In this document: positions 9,890 to 19,260 of the stretch, piece after piece
Layout: every line of letters begins with the position of its first letter
Numbering within the stretch: position 1 is the stretch's first letter
Source: an uncultured virus (IMG/VR IMGVR_UViG_3300027847_002832)
Lineage: Duplodnaviria > Heunggongvirae > Uroviricota > Caudoviricetes
Strand: one strand, 5' to 3'
DNA: 64,000 bases
Virus record (IMG/VR): IMGVR_UViG_3300027847_002832
Notes under the pieces: generated by a model
What the model was told of the DNA's origin: nothing
Databases searched by the model: none
The model's input: only the letters and a program-made list of their open reading frames with translations
Program-made: the position numbers and the translations under genes

Positions 9890-9917
9890 AACTCATTGTT
9901 ACCTTCTGTAGTTATTA
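9890..9917 (-). promoter_or_regulatory. 28-bp element upstream of portal (copy 1)
   Basis: TAATAACTACAGAAGGTAACAATGAGTT; 27/28 identical to 14740-14767. Confidence 0.75.
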
Positions 9918-9975
9918 GGGTTGGGCACATTTTGCAATGGCTTACTTTAATTACAGTATCTAGGAGGAAGTTCCC

Positions 9976-10386
9976 ATGAAGAACTATTGGATCAAACGTA
10001 GAATTGAGAAAGAAATAAACCAAGTTGCTCAAGCTATAAAAAATAGATGGGTAGGGCTTGAACTTACACAAAACAATTGGGCTGGCCCCGGAGTAGCACA
10101 GATAATGGTTAAAGTATCACAAACTGGTCATGTTATAGGTGCTGTCAAAAGACAGAGAAATGGTGAGTGGTCTTATTTATGGAGCATTTTCTCTGTAGGA
10201 ACTGCCTTAAAAAATGGATCTACTGTGCCAACTTTTTTGGCGACAAAGACTATGATTAGTGGTAAATACAATTTTAGTGATCCAGCATTTTTAGCAGGTA
10301 TGGAATCTGTTTTTGATAAATCTATTGCAAGTTGGAAGGTTAAAATGGAGGAGTTAAAAGAATGCAAAAAAATTCTCTCTTCATAA
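9976..10386 (+). CDS. Hypothetical protein
   Basis: 136-aa ORF with AGGAGG RBS. Confidence 0.65.
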   Translation: MKNYWIKRRIEKEINQVAQAIKNRWVGLELTQNNWAGPGVAQIMVKVSQTGHVIGAVKRQRNGEWSYLWSIFSVGTALKNGSTVPTFLATKTMISGKYNFSDPAFLAGMESVFDKSIASWKVKMEELKECKKILSS

Positions 10387-10769
10387 TGACACATTTGGGA
10401 TCTGGTTGGGAATCACTTGTAGAAAAACTTAAAGAAGATCAAAGGTTTGATTTCTTCAAGACGGATTTTTATTACCATCATCCAGAAGATTTGGAGATTC
10501 TGACCAATAATGATCACAAACGAGAGAATTCTGCGTCTATTTGGTGCGATGTCATATTGCACAATAAAGACTTCACTTGCAGAGCTTTAAGAAAAAGTTG
10601 TAAGTTTGTATATTGGACTTCACCGTTTAATGCAAATATTGCACTTCCTAAGCCAGAAGACTATTACTTGAATCGACTATCTGGCATGAAGTGGTATCAC
10701 AAGAAAACAGGAGGATTGTGGAATCCTTCTTTAGAGAGCGATTCTCTCCTTAGTTCCATTCTTAGATGA
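10362..10769 (+). CDS. Hypothetical protein
   Basis: 135-aa ORF; N-terminal FIMTHLGSG weakly recalls a sulfotransferase P-loop. Confidence 0.55.
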   Translation: MQKNSLFIMTHLGSGWESLVEKLKEDQRFDFFKTDFYYHHPEDLEILTNNDHKRENSASIWCDVILHNKDFTCRALRKSCKFVYWTSPFNANIALPKPEDYYLNRLSGMKWYHKKTGGLWNPSLESDSLLSSILR

Positions 10770-11279
10770 AAAAACAATTTTGTCGCAAGAGAACTCTTTC
10801 CCTTCCCATTTGTTATTGCCTCTGTGTTTCCAGCCCTTGCCTTTTTTGACATAAGCAATTGTGATATGAGGCTTATATTCTGAGTATTTATTGGTATACT
10901 CGATGTCATCCTTCATTTTTTCATTAAAGTCAGACAAATCAGGACTATCAATCCCAATTACAACCACGTCAAATTTTAATGGGTTTGTAAATACTTCTAT
11001 TTTGCCCAGTTTGACTTTTAGTGGCTTTTCAGTAATCAGTTTTCTTACTTGTTCGGAAGTCTCTGAATGTATTCCATAAAGGATTGTGACGTGCATTTCG
11101 TCTTCTCGACCAAAAGAGGGGTCAGTCTGGCTGACAAATATTTCATTGTCTGGTATTTTCTGACTTCCCCATTTTATTATGTCCTCTGCTATTTCAGTTG
11201 GAACATCTACGTGAACTGACGAGTAGTCATATTGTGTGTTTTTCATTTCTAAGAACTTTCTAAATCTTTGCATGATCAT
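10731..11279 (-). CDS. 2H phosphoesterase, T4 gp57B/Acb1-like
   Basis: Two HxT motifs (MHVTILYG, YKPHITIAY); likely start ATG 11279 or 11273 (MQRFRKFLE). Confidence 0.85.
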   Translation of the reverse strand: MIMQRFRKFLEMKNTQYDYSSVHVDVPTEIAEDIIKWGSQKIPDNEIFVSQTDPSFGREDEMHVTILYGIHSETSEQVRKLITEKPLKVKLGKIEVFTNPLKFDVVVIGIDSPDLSDFNEKMKDDIEYTNKYSEYKPHITIAYVKKGKGWKHRGNNKWEGKEFSCDKIVFSSKNGTKERIAL

Positions 11280-11293
11280 TCTTATAAATGAAT

Positions 11294-11318
11294 AAGGCCC
11301 GAAAAAAATTCGGGCCTT
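11294..11318. terminator. Stem-loop, probable terminator
   Basis: AAGGCCCGAA-AAAAA-TTCGGGCCTT perfect 10-bp inverted repeat between genes. Confidence 0.7.
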
Positions 11319-11337
11319 GTTTGCAATTTTAGCGTCT

Positions 11338-11709
11338 TTAGTCTTGTAATAATTGGTTAGGCCCTTGATTTTGAAGAGCTTCAAGTTCTTTTAGTTTGGT
11401 TTCTTCGTCGTCAATCATCTTATCGAGTTCATTAAGGGACTTTTCGTTAGCCTCTTTTGACATTGGTGAAGCTGCCACACTAGCCACTCCTGCTTGAACA
11501 TTTCCCCACCATTGCTGATAGTCGGTTTCTGTCTGCTGGGCTTTTTTCGATTTTGATTTTGATGCCTTATCAACATTTTTCATGGCTTGTCTAATATGAG
11601 ACTTGGCCTCATCTACAGACCTGTTGCTTTTCATATTGTGATTAGCCACGCCCAATGCCTGAGACAAAAGACCTTTTATTCTTCCGAGTTGATCTGTTCC
11701 GTAATCCAT
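11338..11709 (-). CDS. Hypothetical coiled-coil protein
   Basis: 123-aa ORF, translationally coupled to the upstream ORF. Confidence 0.65.
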   Translation of the reverse strand: MDYGTDQLGRIKGLLSQALGVANHNMKSNRSVDEAKSHIRQAMKNVDKASKSKSKKAQQTETDYQQWWGNVQAGVASVAASPMSKEANEKSLNELDKMIDDEETKLKELEALQNQGPNQLLQD

Positions 11710-11846
11710 TATTTTTCCTCGCTTCCCTTATGTTCTTCTGCTAGTTCAAAATGAAAGTCTAATGTAATTGGCATATGGACCTCTTCACTAGATCGCTCCA
11801 TACGCAAAACTCCTGTTTTCATGTTTTTTATAAATTGATGACTCAT
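11709..11846 (-). CDS. Small hypothetical protein
   Basis: MSHQFIKN start with GAGG RBS; stop overlaps the next start (TAATG). Confidence 0.5.
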   Translation of the reverse strand: MSHQFIKNMKTGVLRMERSSEEVHMPITLDFHFELAEEHKGSEEK

Positions 11847-11871
11847 GTTACCTCTTATCTGTTGTTGTCTG

Positions 11872-12819
11872 TTATTTCCATGACACCTCTCTGCATATAT
11901 TGTACACATTTGAAACCGAAGTTTTCTTTAACATAGCTATCTCTTCTGCTGCTTTGGATTTTTTCATATCTCTAATTTCTTGAATATCTGTTTGGGTCAA
12001 TTTTGAAGAGTTGTTATTTCCATATGACTGATTTCCATTGTACTTTCTTTTGGGTTTATCCTCTTCTTTTGTTAATCTTTTACCACTTGCCACAAATCTA
12101 TTTCTGCAAGTTACAGAACACAATCTTTGACTTGGCTCTTTTCTGTAGAATAGTTCTTTGCACTCTAGGCATTCAAATTTTGGTTTTGATGTTATCCACT
12201 TCTTCTTAAGATCAATTCCAAGAGATTGCAAATACTTCTTATCAGCTAAAATCAAAGACTCATCAGGGTTTTCTTTTTTCCACGATTCCATTCTTGTCTT
12301 ATGCTCTGGTGTAAGCCAGCCTTTTACCTCCACCCATGTTTTGTCATCAGAAAGATAAAAATCTGGTGTATAAGCTCTGCCATCTTCAAGAACAAATGTT
12401 TTGGGTTCGTACTTCCACATTGTCCCTATCTGATTAAGATGTTCGGTATAAGCAATTTCCCAAGTGCTTCGCATGGATACTGTCTTACCGTCAGGGCACT
12501 TACACCAATGTCTTTTTCCATGATGTTTATGTTTCTTCCCAAAGTTATGATTTAACGAACCTTTTTTAGATTCGCTCATTTTAATGCGAGTTTCTTTGCT
12601 TACTGTTTTCCCTTTGTGTATCGCAGATATCTTTTTTCTTGTTTCTTCACTGTGTGTTTTTCCTTCTCTTTGTCCTGCTTTTCTTGGCTGTATTTCATGT
12701 TCTTTAATAGATTTTCTTACCCAGTAAATTGTTGTGTTTAGATTTTCGGCTATCTCTTTGTAAGTCATGCCATCTTTAACGTGTAGTTGTGTTAATTTGT
12801 TTTTGTTTATGATTGTCAT
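11872..12819 (-). CDS. Homing endonuclease: HTH + NUMOD3 + PD-(D/E)XK + zinc finger
   Basis: HSEETRKKIS NUMOD3; MRSTWE...YEPKTF...YTPDFYL...VEVKGW; CLEC...CSVTC; directly downstream of terminase. Confidence 0.85.
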   Translation of the reverse strand: MTIINKNKLTQLHVKDGMTYKEIAENLNTTIYWVRKSIKEHEIQPRKAGQREGKTHSEETRKKISAIHKGKTVSKETRIKMSESKKGSLNHNFGKKHKHHGKRHWCKCPDGKTVSMRSTWEIAYTEHLNQIGTMWKYEPKTFVLEDGRAYTPDFYLSDDKTWVEVKGWLTPEHKTRMESWKKENPDESLILADKKYLQSLGIDLKKKWITSKPKFECLECKELFYRKEPSQRLCSVTCRNRFVASGKRLTKEEDKPKRKYNGNQSYGNNNSSKLTQTDIQEIRDMKKSKAAEEIAMLKKTSVSNVYNICREVSWK

Positions 12820-12822
12820 AAA

Positions 12823-14724
12823 CTAAAATAGTGTATTGCCAACCAAATTAGTCAAAATATCATGAATTTGTCTAAAATTTACAAACATGAATGGAATTAC
12901 ACTCCATCCAAATTCTTTCAAGATAGCGTTATGTTTTCTTTTGTTTCCATGTGAAATTGATGCCATGTCTTTGTTTGCGTCTTCTAACAAATCCATATCG
13001 TCAATATTTATGTAACTTGGAGCATCCTTTGATAGTTCTCTTTTGATTTCTTCGTATATCTCTGCCTTGAAAGCCTCAGTCATATCTTCGTCTTCGTATC
13101 CAATAGGAACATTTCTGTTAGATGCACCTCTGGCATATAATGCAATACACATCGCCATAATTGCATCATCATGAAATCCCTTTGAAGCTTCTGCTCTTTT
13201 TGTTTGAGCGTTGAATATGAAACCTTTAAGTTCTTTTACGAACCGACGACTACGAATTGCCATACTGTGAGCAATAAGTCTGGTCTGCATTGTTTCTAAG
13301 AATTTCGGCCTGTTAGCCCGAGTGGTTTTAATTCCCGGTTGTGTGTTTTTGCTTTTTAGACTTGCTCCTTGTGAGCATTCAAACAGATTGTCATAGGCCA
13401 AATCGTGAATCAGTTTTTCTAAAACAGTTAGTCCAGCATTCTGAGATTCTACAACAATTAAAGCACTGTTGTAGGTTCTTCCCACCATGGACAAAATCTG
13501 AGAGAAGTTGTGCGGAGGAACGATGTTTGAATAGAACTCTGCCACTTGCTCGCAAGTCACAGCGTCTATGACTTCAAAACAACTGTTGTCGTTCTCGTCT
13601 CCCATACCTTCGGCACAGTCAACTCCAATGATGTACTCTCTGCCATCAACTGGTTCTCTCCAGATTTCCAAAGCACCTTTGATCCATGAATCTAAATCTT
13701 CAAGTCTTTGATCTTGAGCTTCGTGATGGTTGTTGTACTCTGGGAACAACCTTCTAATTGGCTCAACCTCACGTGTTACTAAATCGAGATCATTGATGAT
13801 TTCCGGGTCGATGTATGATTCACCGGCACCAAGGAAGTCACGCATAACTTCCTGTAACCAACCTTTTTCACCAAGTTGTGATCTTGTTTGCTTAACCCAA
13901 TCTTCATCATCGTAGTCAGGATGTTCCCAGTAATCCAATTCGATGATGTGGAAGTCTTTACCGAATCCTCGTCCCCTCTTAGCACCCATGAAAATGTCAT
14001 AGTACCAATTGCCGACACCGTTAACCGTAGAAATTGTGATACAGTGTCCACCAGTAGAGATAGTTGGAAACATAGCTTTCCAGTGCTTGTCCATCTGTGG
14101 AATAAACGCTGCTTCGTCCAAGATCAAATATGTGATAGAACGACCACGAGCAGCTTCCGGTGTGTAGAAGAACAATTTGCAACCAGTGTCATGAAATAGT
14201 TTCTGGTGATCGTTGTTCTTTTCCATATCAGGTTTCATCCATTCTGGAAGCTCTTGCATCGCTCTTTTGACGATTTCACCAGCGGCGATAGCTTCACGAT
14301 CAGACTTGGAAAGAACCATAAGCGTTTCATCGAGCTTAAAGAGACATCTCCATAAAGCCCAAATGGTTGTCACTGTCGTCAAGCCCCCTTGACGAAATTT
14401 TGACAAGATACAGAAACGGTTTTCATATTCTTTGATTACACGTTTCTGATACTTGTAAAGAATAAAAGGAAGGAGTCCTCGCTTCGGATGCGCAATCTTT
14501 ACATACTTATGACACCAATATGTGAAGGACATGGCACATTTAAGCATTTCCTTGTGTATTGTTACTGGGTCATATTCTTCGATTTCATCGAAGGGTTCCA
14601 TCGGATCGATTGTTTTTTCATACTTGTTGAAGCTGAAATACTTTGGATCATACTCACCGTTGTAATGATCTTCTAAAGTGTCATATTTCGACTTCCATTC
14701 TGGATCTACGTCATGAAATGGCAT
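12823..14724 (-). CDS. gp17: Terminase large subunit, T4 gp17 family
   Basis: Walker A KFRQGGLTT, Walker B LILDEAAF, ISTVNG, nuclease motifs IIGVDCAEG and HDDAIMA. Confidence 0.95.
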   Translation of the reverse strand: MPFHDVDPEWKSKYDTLEDHYNGEYDPKYFSFNKYEKTIDPMEPFDEIEEYDPVTIHKEMLKCAMSFTYWCHKYVKIAHPKRGLLPFILYKYQKRVIKEYENRFCILSKFRQGGLTTVTTIWALWRCLFKLDETLMVLSKSDREAIAAGEIVKRAMQELPEWMKPDMEKNNDHQKLFHDTGCKLFFYTPEAARGRSITYLILDEAAFIPQMDKHWKAMFPTISTGGHCITISTVNGVGNWYYDIFMGAKRGRGFGKDFHIIELDYWEHPDYDDEDWVKQTRSQLGEKGWLQEVMRDFLGAGESYIDPEIINDLDLVTREVEPIRRLFPEYNNHHEAQDQRLEDLDSWIKGALEIWREPVDGREYIIGVDCAEGMGDENDNSCFEVIDAVTCEQVAEFYSNIVPPHNFSQILSMVGRTYNSALIVVESQNAGLTVLEKLIHDLAYDNLFECSQGASLKSKNTQPGIKTTRANRPKFLETMQTRLIAHSMAIRSRRFVKELKGFIFNAQTKRAEASKGFHDDAIMAMCIALYARGASNRNVPIGYEDEDMTEAFKAEIYEEIKRELSKDAPSYINIDDMDLLEDANKDMASISHGNKRKHNAILKEFGWSVIPFMFVNFRQIHDILTNLVGNTLF

Positions 14725-14739
14725 ATTGTGTTACCTCCC

Positions 14740-14767
14740 AACTCATTGTTACCTTCTATAGTTATTA
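14740..14767 (-). promoter_or_regulatory. 28-bp element upstream of terminase (copy 2)
   Basis: TAATAACTATAGAAGGTAACAATGAGTT; matches 9890-9917. Confidence 0.75.
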
Positions 14768-14844
14768 ACTAAGTCGCAATTTTTGTACTATTTCTCTCTT
14801 TGCTTTATTACAGAAAGTAGTTACAATGCGTTTTGAGGTGAATC

Positions 14845-16032
14845 ATGAAACTTAGAAATCTGTTAACTATCGTAATTTGTGTCAACTTTGCCCTTACAGG
14901 CGTAATCGCATATAAGGTATTTCAGGATAGAAACCAGCCACCTGTAGTAGCTGAAAATCCAAAACCTGATGACACAGGACAAATTACACCGATCCCAGAG
15001 TCAAAGGAATCTACCTTTGAAGAGGCTCTAGCATCTATTACAAGCAAAGAGCTTGAAGAACATCTTCGCTATCTGGCCTCAGATGAGCTAGAAGGAAGAA
15101 TGAGTGGCAAGAAGGGCAATGTCGTTGCCGCCACTTACATTAAGGATTTTCACGAAGAGAACAATCTGGACACTGAATACCAGAAATTTAGTATTCGCAG
15201 AATGAATGCTGGCCCTAAAAACGAAAAGGGCGATGACTTTACGCAAAACATATTTGCTTGGATCGAAGGCAATGATCCAGTTTTGAAAAACGAGATTATT
15301 GTTATCGGTGCTCACATGGATCATATTGGATATGGGCCAAGTATGAGTCGATCACGACGTGTTGACATCCATAACGGAGCAGACGACAACGCATCTGGCA
15401 CTGTAGCTTTGATGGAAATTGCACAAGCATTTTCCATGCTTAAAGGAAAAGTCAAAAGAACTGTTGTCTTCCAAGCTTATAGTGCAGAGGAGATGGGATT
15501 GATCGGCAGTCGATATTATTGCGACAATCCTACGTTTCCCAGAAGTACCCCTTCTATCAAAAAACACATCGCAATGATTAACTTCGATATGGTCGGATAC
15601 TTAGGTCGGGGACAATACTTCGCTGGGTTCAATGCAGGCGACAGTTCTCCAGATATTGGTCGGATTATCGACAGTCTGAACGGCAAGTATTCTTTTGCAA
15701 AGCAGATCACCAGCAGGGGATCAGGTGGATCAGACCACGCATGTTTCTACAACAAAAGAGTTCCTATTGCTTTTTTACATACTGGAGGCCATTCTTACTA
15801 TCATACTCCAGATGACACTGCTGATAGAATTAACTACGATGGCATAGAGAAGGTTGCTAGATATGGTTTTGAATTAGCATGGCGTCTCTGTCAGGCCGAA
15901 GGCCGACCAATTTTCAATGTAGCTGAATTTAAGAAAATGCCTTATGTGCATGACCACGGACATCCAGAGGTTCCATTCCCTCATGGTTATCACAGACATG
16001 GGAATGGAGAATTGCACAAACATGACGAATAG
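14845..16032 (+). CDS. Membrane-anchored M28 metallo-aminopeptidase
   Basis: N-terminal hydrophobic helix; GAHMDH, GADDNASG, SAEEMGLIGS, NFDMVG, SDH, YHTPDD; His-rich tail. Confidence 0.92.
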   Translation: MKLRNLLTIVICVNFALTGVIAYKVFQDRNQPPVVAENPKPDDTGQITPIPESKESTFEEALASITSKELEEHLRYLASDELEGRMSGKKGNVVAATYIKDFHEENNLDTEYQKFSIRRMNAGPKNEKGDDFTQNIFAWIEGNDPVLKNEIIVIGAHMDHIGYGPSMSRSRRVDIHNGADDNASGTVALMEIAQAFSMLKGKVKRTVVFQAYSAEEMGLIGSRYYCDNPTFPRSTPSIKKHIAMINFDMVGYLGRGQYFAGFNAGDSSPDIGRIIDSLNGKYSFAKQITSRGSGGSDHACFYNKRVPIAFLHTGGHSYYHTPDDTADRINYDGIEKVARYGFELAWRLCQAEGRPIFNVAEFKKMPYVHDHGHPEVPFPHGYHRHGNGELHKHDE

Positions 16033-16456
16033 ACATCGGAAGTATTATTTGGAAAACAAAGATCATCTTAAAAAACAATCCAAAATTCACTATGAAAAAA
16101 ATCGTGACAAAATACTTGAACGAGCCAAAAAGCATCGTGAAGTAAAACGCAAATTGATCAATGAGGTGTGTTTATCTTATGGATGCAAGAACCCAGAATG
16201 TAAATGGGAAGGGGAATTTCATTCGGCGCAACTGGAATTTCATCATTTTGATCCTAAAAAGAAACAGTTTCAGATGGGACGTGGAGCAGACTATGGATAT
16301 AAGTCTGTAGCAAACGAAATGAATAAATGTGTGGTGTTGTGCGCTTGCTGTCATGCGTTGTATCATGTAGGTCTTGTCGATCTTGATGAAACTATGCTAT
16401 GCTCTGTAAATGATGACCTACAAATTCTAAACGAAGGAGATCACAATGACGAATGA
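16022..16456 (+). CDS. HNH endonuclease
   Basis: C..C, LEFHHFDP, KCVVLCACCHALYH; start at ATG 16022. Confidence 0.8.
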   Translation: MTNRHRKYYLENKDHLKKQSKIHYEKNRDKILERAKKHREVKRKLINEVCLSYGCKNPECKWEGEFHSAQLEFHHFDPKKKQFQMGRGADYGYKSVANEMNKCVVLCACCHALYHVGLVDLDETMLCSVNDDLQILNEGDHNDE

Positions 16457-16898
16457 AGATTTGGTTGCGTTGCTACAAGAAGATTTGAAGAACGAGAGAA
16501 AACACCTTGCGGCTTACACTCAGTTTGCCGTGCAAATTCGTGGACTTCATAGAAACGAACTTCGGGAGTTCTGTGAAAAACAAGCTGCTGATGAGTTGCT
16601 TCATGTAACTCAATTCTCTGAACTGATCGTCCATCTGGGCGGCGTGCCGGGCACGGATGTTAATGAATATCCAGCGGACCTGAAATGTCCCGGTGCTATC
16701 ATGAAAGCCATCGTAGTGATGGAAGATGAAGTGGCTGACAAATACACTGAGCGTCTTAACCAGACCGAGGAGTTCGATAATTCGGCCACAGCATACACGC
16801 ACCTCTTTTATGAAGAACAACTTTTGGATTCATGGAAGACGGCTCGTGAAGTTGAAAAGATGATTCCGAAGGACAAAAGTTGTTCTGAGAAGTCATAA
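16446..16898 (+). CDS. Ferritin-like (bacterioferritin-type) di-iron protein
   Basis: EDLKNE...DELLH...LGGVP...MEDE four-helix-bundle pattern. Confidence 0.8.
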   Translation: MTNEDLVALLQEDLKNERKHLAAYTQFAVQIRGLHRNELREFCEKQAADELLHVTQFSELIVHLGGVPGTDVNEYPADLKCPGAIMKAIVVMEDEVADKYTERLNQTEEFDNSATAYTHLFYEEQLLDSWKTAREVEKMIPKDKSCSEKS

Positions 16899-17416
16899 TG
16901 GTAATGAAGAGCAAAAGCAAAGGCATTGGAGGCCATACGAGAGCATACCAAGGAAGAACGGATGATTGGATTACACCTCAATTCATCTTAGATGCTCTCG
17001 GTCCATTTGACCTCGATCCTTGTTGTTCTGCCACTCAGCCTTGGAAGACGGCAGAGAATTCTTACAACATTGATGATGATGGATTCAACAAGGAGTGGTT
17101 GGGGCGAGTTTGGCTCAACCCTCCTTATGGTCCAGAGACAGGAAAGTGGATTGGCAAACTGGCTGAGCACAATCATGGAACGACTCTAATTTTTGCACGC
17201 ACGGAGACAAAGATGTTCTTCGACCATGTGTGGGATCATGCAAATTCAATTTTGTTCCTTAAAGGTCGATTGTATTTCCATTACCCAGACGGCACCAAAG
17301 CAAAACATAATTCTGGTGGGCCTTCGGTATTGATTGCTTATGGACAATATGATACAGTGAAGTTAATGAAGGCCAACAAAGATGGCCTTATTGAAGGCAA
17401 GCACGTTTTCCTTTAG
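16898..17416 (+). CDS. Phage Dam-type DNA N6-adenine methyltransferase
   Basis: DDWITP, FDLDPC, VWLNPPY, FLKGRL. Confidence 0.9.
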   Translation: MVMKSKSKGIGGHTRAYQGRTDDWITPQFILDALGPFDLDPCCSATQPWKTAENSYNIDDDGFNKEWLGRVWLNPPYGPETGKWIGKLAEHNHGTTLIFARTETKMFFDHVWDHANSILFLKGRLYFHYPDGTKAKHNSGGPSVLIAYGQYDTVKLMKANKDGLIEGKHVFL

Positions 17417-17426
17417 GGAGTGGTAG

Positions 17427-17711
17427 ATGAGCTTCTACGTTGTTACAGAACCATGTTTTGGATGCAAATACACTGATTGTGTAGTGGTATGTCCCGTCGA
17501 TTGCTTTTACGAAGGCGAGTCGATGCTTTATATCGATCCTGCCGAGTGCATCGATTGTCAGGCTTGCGTGCCAGAATGTCCGGTGGAAGCGATCTTCCGA
17601 GAAGATGAAGTTCCCGAGGAGTGGATAGACTTCATTAAACTGAATGAAGAGATGATTCCACAGTGCTCCAATATCACAGAGAAGAAGGATCCCCTTTGCG
17701 ATGCCGACTGA
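17427..17711 (+). CDS. fdxA: Ferredoxin, FdxA-like dicluster type
   Basis: [18 protein letters not shown] and [16 protein letters not shown]. Confidence 0.92.
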   Translation: MSFYVVTEPCFGCKYTDCVVVCPVDCFYEGESMLYIDPAECIDCQACVPECPVEAIFREDEVPEEWIDFIKLNEEMIPQCSNITEKKDPLCDAD

Positions 17712-18255
17712 ACACGAATTCAAATACGTTCTCAATATCGTCACGAACGATTCATACTTTAAGAAACATTGCAAGAAGCACCTTGTGATTCAACAAGGAT
17801 ATCTGGCTTTCTCTAAAGGCATGACTTGTCGTGTCAGATCGTCTCGTGAAGAAGGTCAATTAGATCGAGACACCAAATGGTTCTTAACTTTCAAACAGAA
17901 AGTTCGAAAAAGAGTAATTGAAGTCGAACAACAAATGGATCAACGAGATGGAAAAGATTTGTGGTCTGTGTGTGTCGGCAAATTAAAGAAAGATCGTTAT
18001 GTTGTCGATAACAACGATAACACATGGGAAGTAGATTTCTTTAACAATGGAAATCTATACTTTGTGATGGCAGAGGTGGAACTTGAAGAAGGTTCTGCGA
18101 GGCCAGAACTTCCTTTATTTATTTCTGCCAATCTTCTTTATGAAGTGCCCTTGACAGATGATCGATTTGGGAATAAAAGATTAGGTGACGTTGAATACGC
18201 TACAGAAATTTATAACAAAATCGTTCAAGGAGAGATCGATGGAAACGAAAACTAA
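17701..18255 (+). CDS. CYTH-domain (triphosphate tunnel) protein
   Basis: EHEFKY (ExExK), QGYL, RVR, WEVDFF, AEVEL. Confidence 0.88.
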   Translation: MPTEHEFKYVLNIVTNDSYFKKHCKKHLVIQQGYLAFSKGMTCRVRSSREEGQLDRDTKWFLTFKQKVRKRVIEVEQQMDQRDGKDLWSVCVGKLKKDRYVVDNNDNTWEVDFFNNGNLYFVMAEVELEEGSARPELPLFISANLLYEVPLTDDRFGNKRLGDVEYATEIYNKIVQGEIDGNEN

Positions 18256-18583
18256 AAAACAAAAAGTGTATGATCTTGTTTCAAACAAGCCAGTCGCTCG
18301 ATTGTATTATCAGGGCAAACATCATACTCATCCAATACGCAGGACGCTATTGGTAATTGAAGAAACACCAACTCATCTTACTGGATATGAGTTTAGATGC
18401 GGAAACGAAGTCCGTACAAGGTCTGAGGCTGTTTCTAAAGTTCGGACATACCGCAAGGATCGAATTCCAAAATGGGGTGATTATGCTAGGCTTACAAAGT
18501 CTTCTAAGAACTTCATGAAAGACCCAGAAGATTCCACATTGGAAAGATTTCCAATCACGGTGATGTTCACCGAAGGTGCATAA
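18239..18583 (+). CDS. Stand-alone WYL-like domain protein
   Basis: LYY...RR.LL...LTGYE...VRTYRKDRI resembles the WYL RxFRxDRI signature; AGGAG RBS. Confidence 0.55.
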   Translation: METKTKKQKVYDLVSNKPVARLYYQGKHHTHPIRRTLLVIEETPTHLTGYEFRCGNEVRTRSEAVSKVRTYRKDRIPKWGDYARLTKSSKNFMKDPEDSTLERFPITVMFTEGA

Positions 18584-18604
18584 GTTTTTCAACACAATTA
18601 AATG

Positions 18605-18634
18605 AATGCCCACCTTTTTGCGTGGGCATTTTTT
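18605..18634 (+). terminator. Rho-independent terminator
   Basis: AATGCCCAC...GTGGGCATT followed by a T tract. Confidence 0.8.
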
Positions 18635-18646
18635 ATAGGGAAATAT

Positions 18647-19084
18647 ATGATGGTAGACGAGTTATATCAAGTTTTAATGAACAAAGGATTTTTGATTCAT
18701 AGTCATGATGCAAAATTTGTGTTACAAAAAATACCAACACAAACTGATCCAAGAACATCAATTACTTCAGACGTTCAACCAGATACTTCTTTCATAAAGT
18801 TTGACACTTTTGATGAAGCTTTACAGACAGCAAAAAGTCTTGTTGCTTGGAAAGATAAAAGTGCCATCATTCAACAGTCAAATTCTGTTTGGTTTATGCA
18901 ATTGATGTATCGACATAAGAGTGGACCAAAGTTTGTCGATCTTGGGGAGATGGGCTCAGTTCCTTATGATGTGGCTATTTCTGAAGCCAAGGCAAGAGCT
19001 ACTCGTTACATTGAAGAATCATGCGCAGAAGAGGATATTGAAGGGTGGGATGTAAGAGTACGCCCGACTCATCCAAAGGAGTAA
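18647..19084 (+). CDS. Hypothetical protein
   Basis: ORF starting after the terminator (MMVDEL). Confidence 0.6.
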   Translation: MMVDELYQVLMNKGFLIHSHDAKFVLQKIPTQTDPRTSITSDVQPDTSFIKFDTFDEALQTAKSLVAWKDKSAIIQQSNSVWFMQLMYRHKSGPKFVDLGEMGSVPYDVAISEAKARATRYIEESCAEEDIEGWDVRVRPTHPKE

Positions 19085-19170
19085 GCTCCTCAAACAAATC
19101 GTTTAAGTCGCTCTCCTCAGAAGAGTATTTGAAAACTGGTTTGCGAACCATCTTCCTTGTACTACTGAAA

Positions 19171-19208
19171 GAAAAATCGTGATCCCTTGAAGAGATCACG
19201 ATTTTCTT
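19171..19208. terminator. Bidirectional terminator between convergent genes
   Basis: AAAATCGTGATC...GATCACGATTTT. Confidence 0.8.
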
Positions 19209-19260
19209 ATAGGAGGGAAAGTTATGCAGACTGTATTGTTTCCAAATGTCGGCCCCTCTT

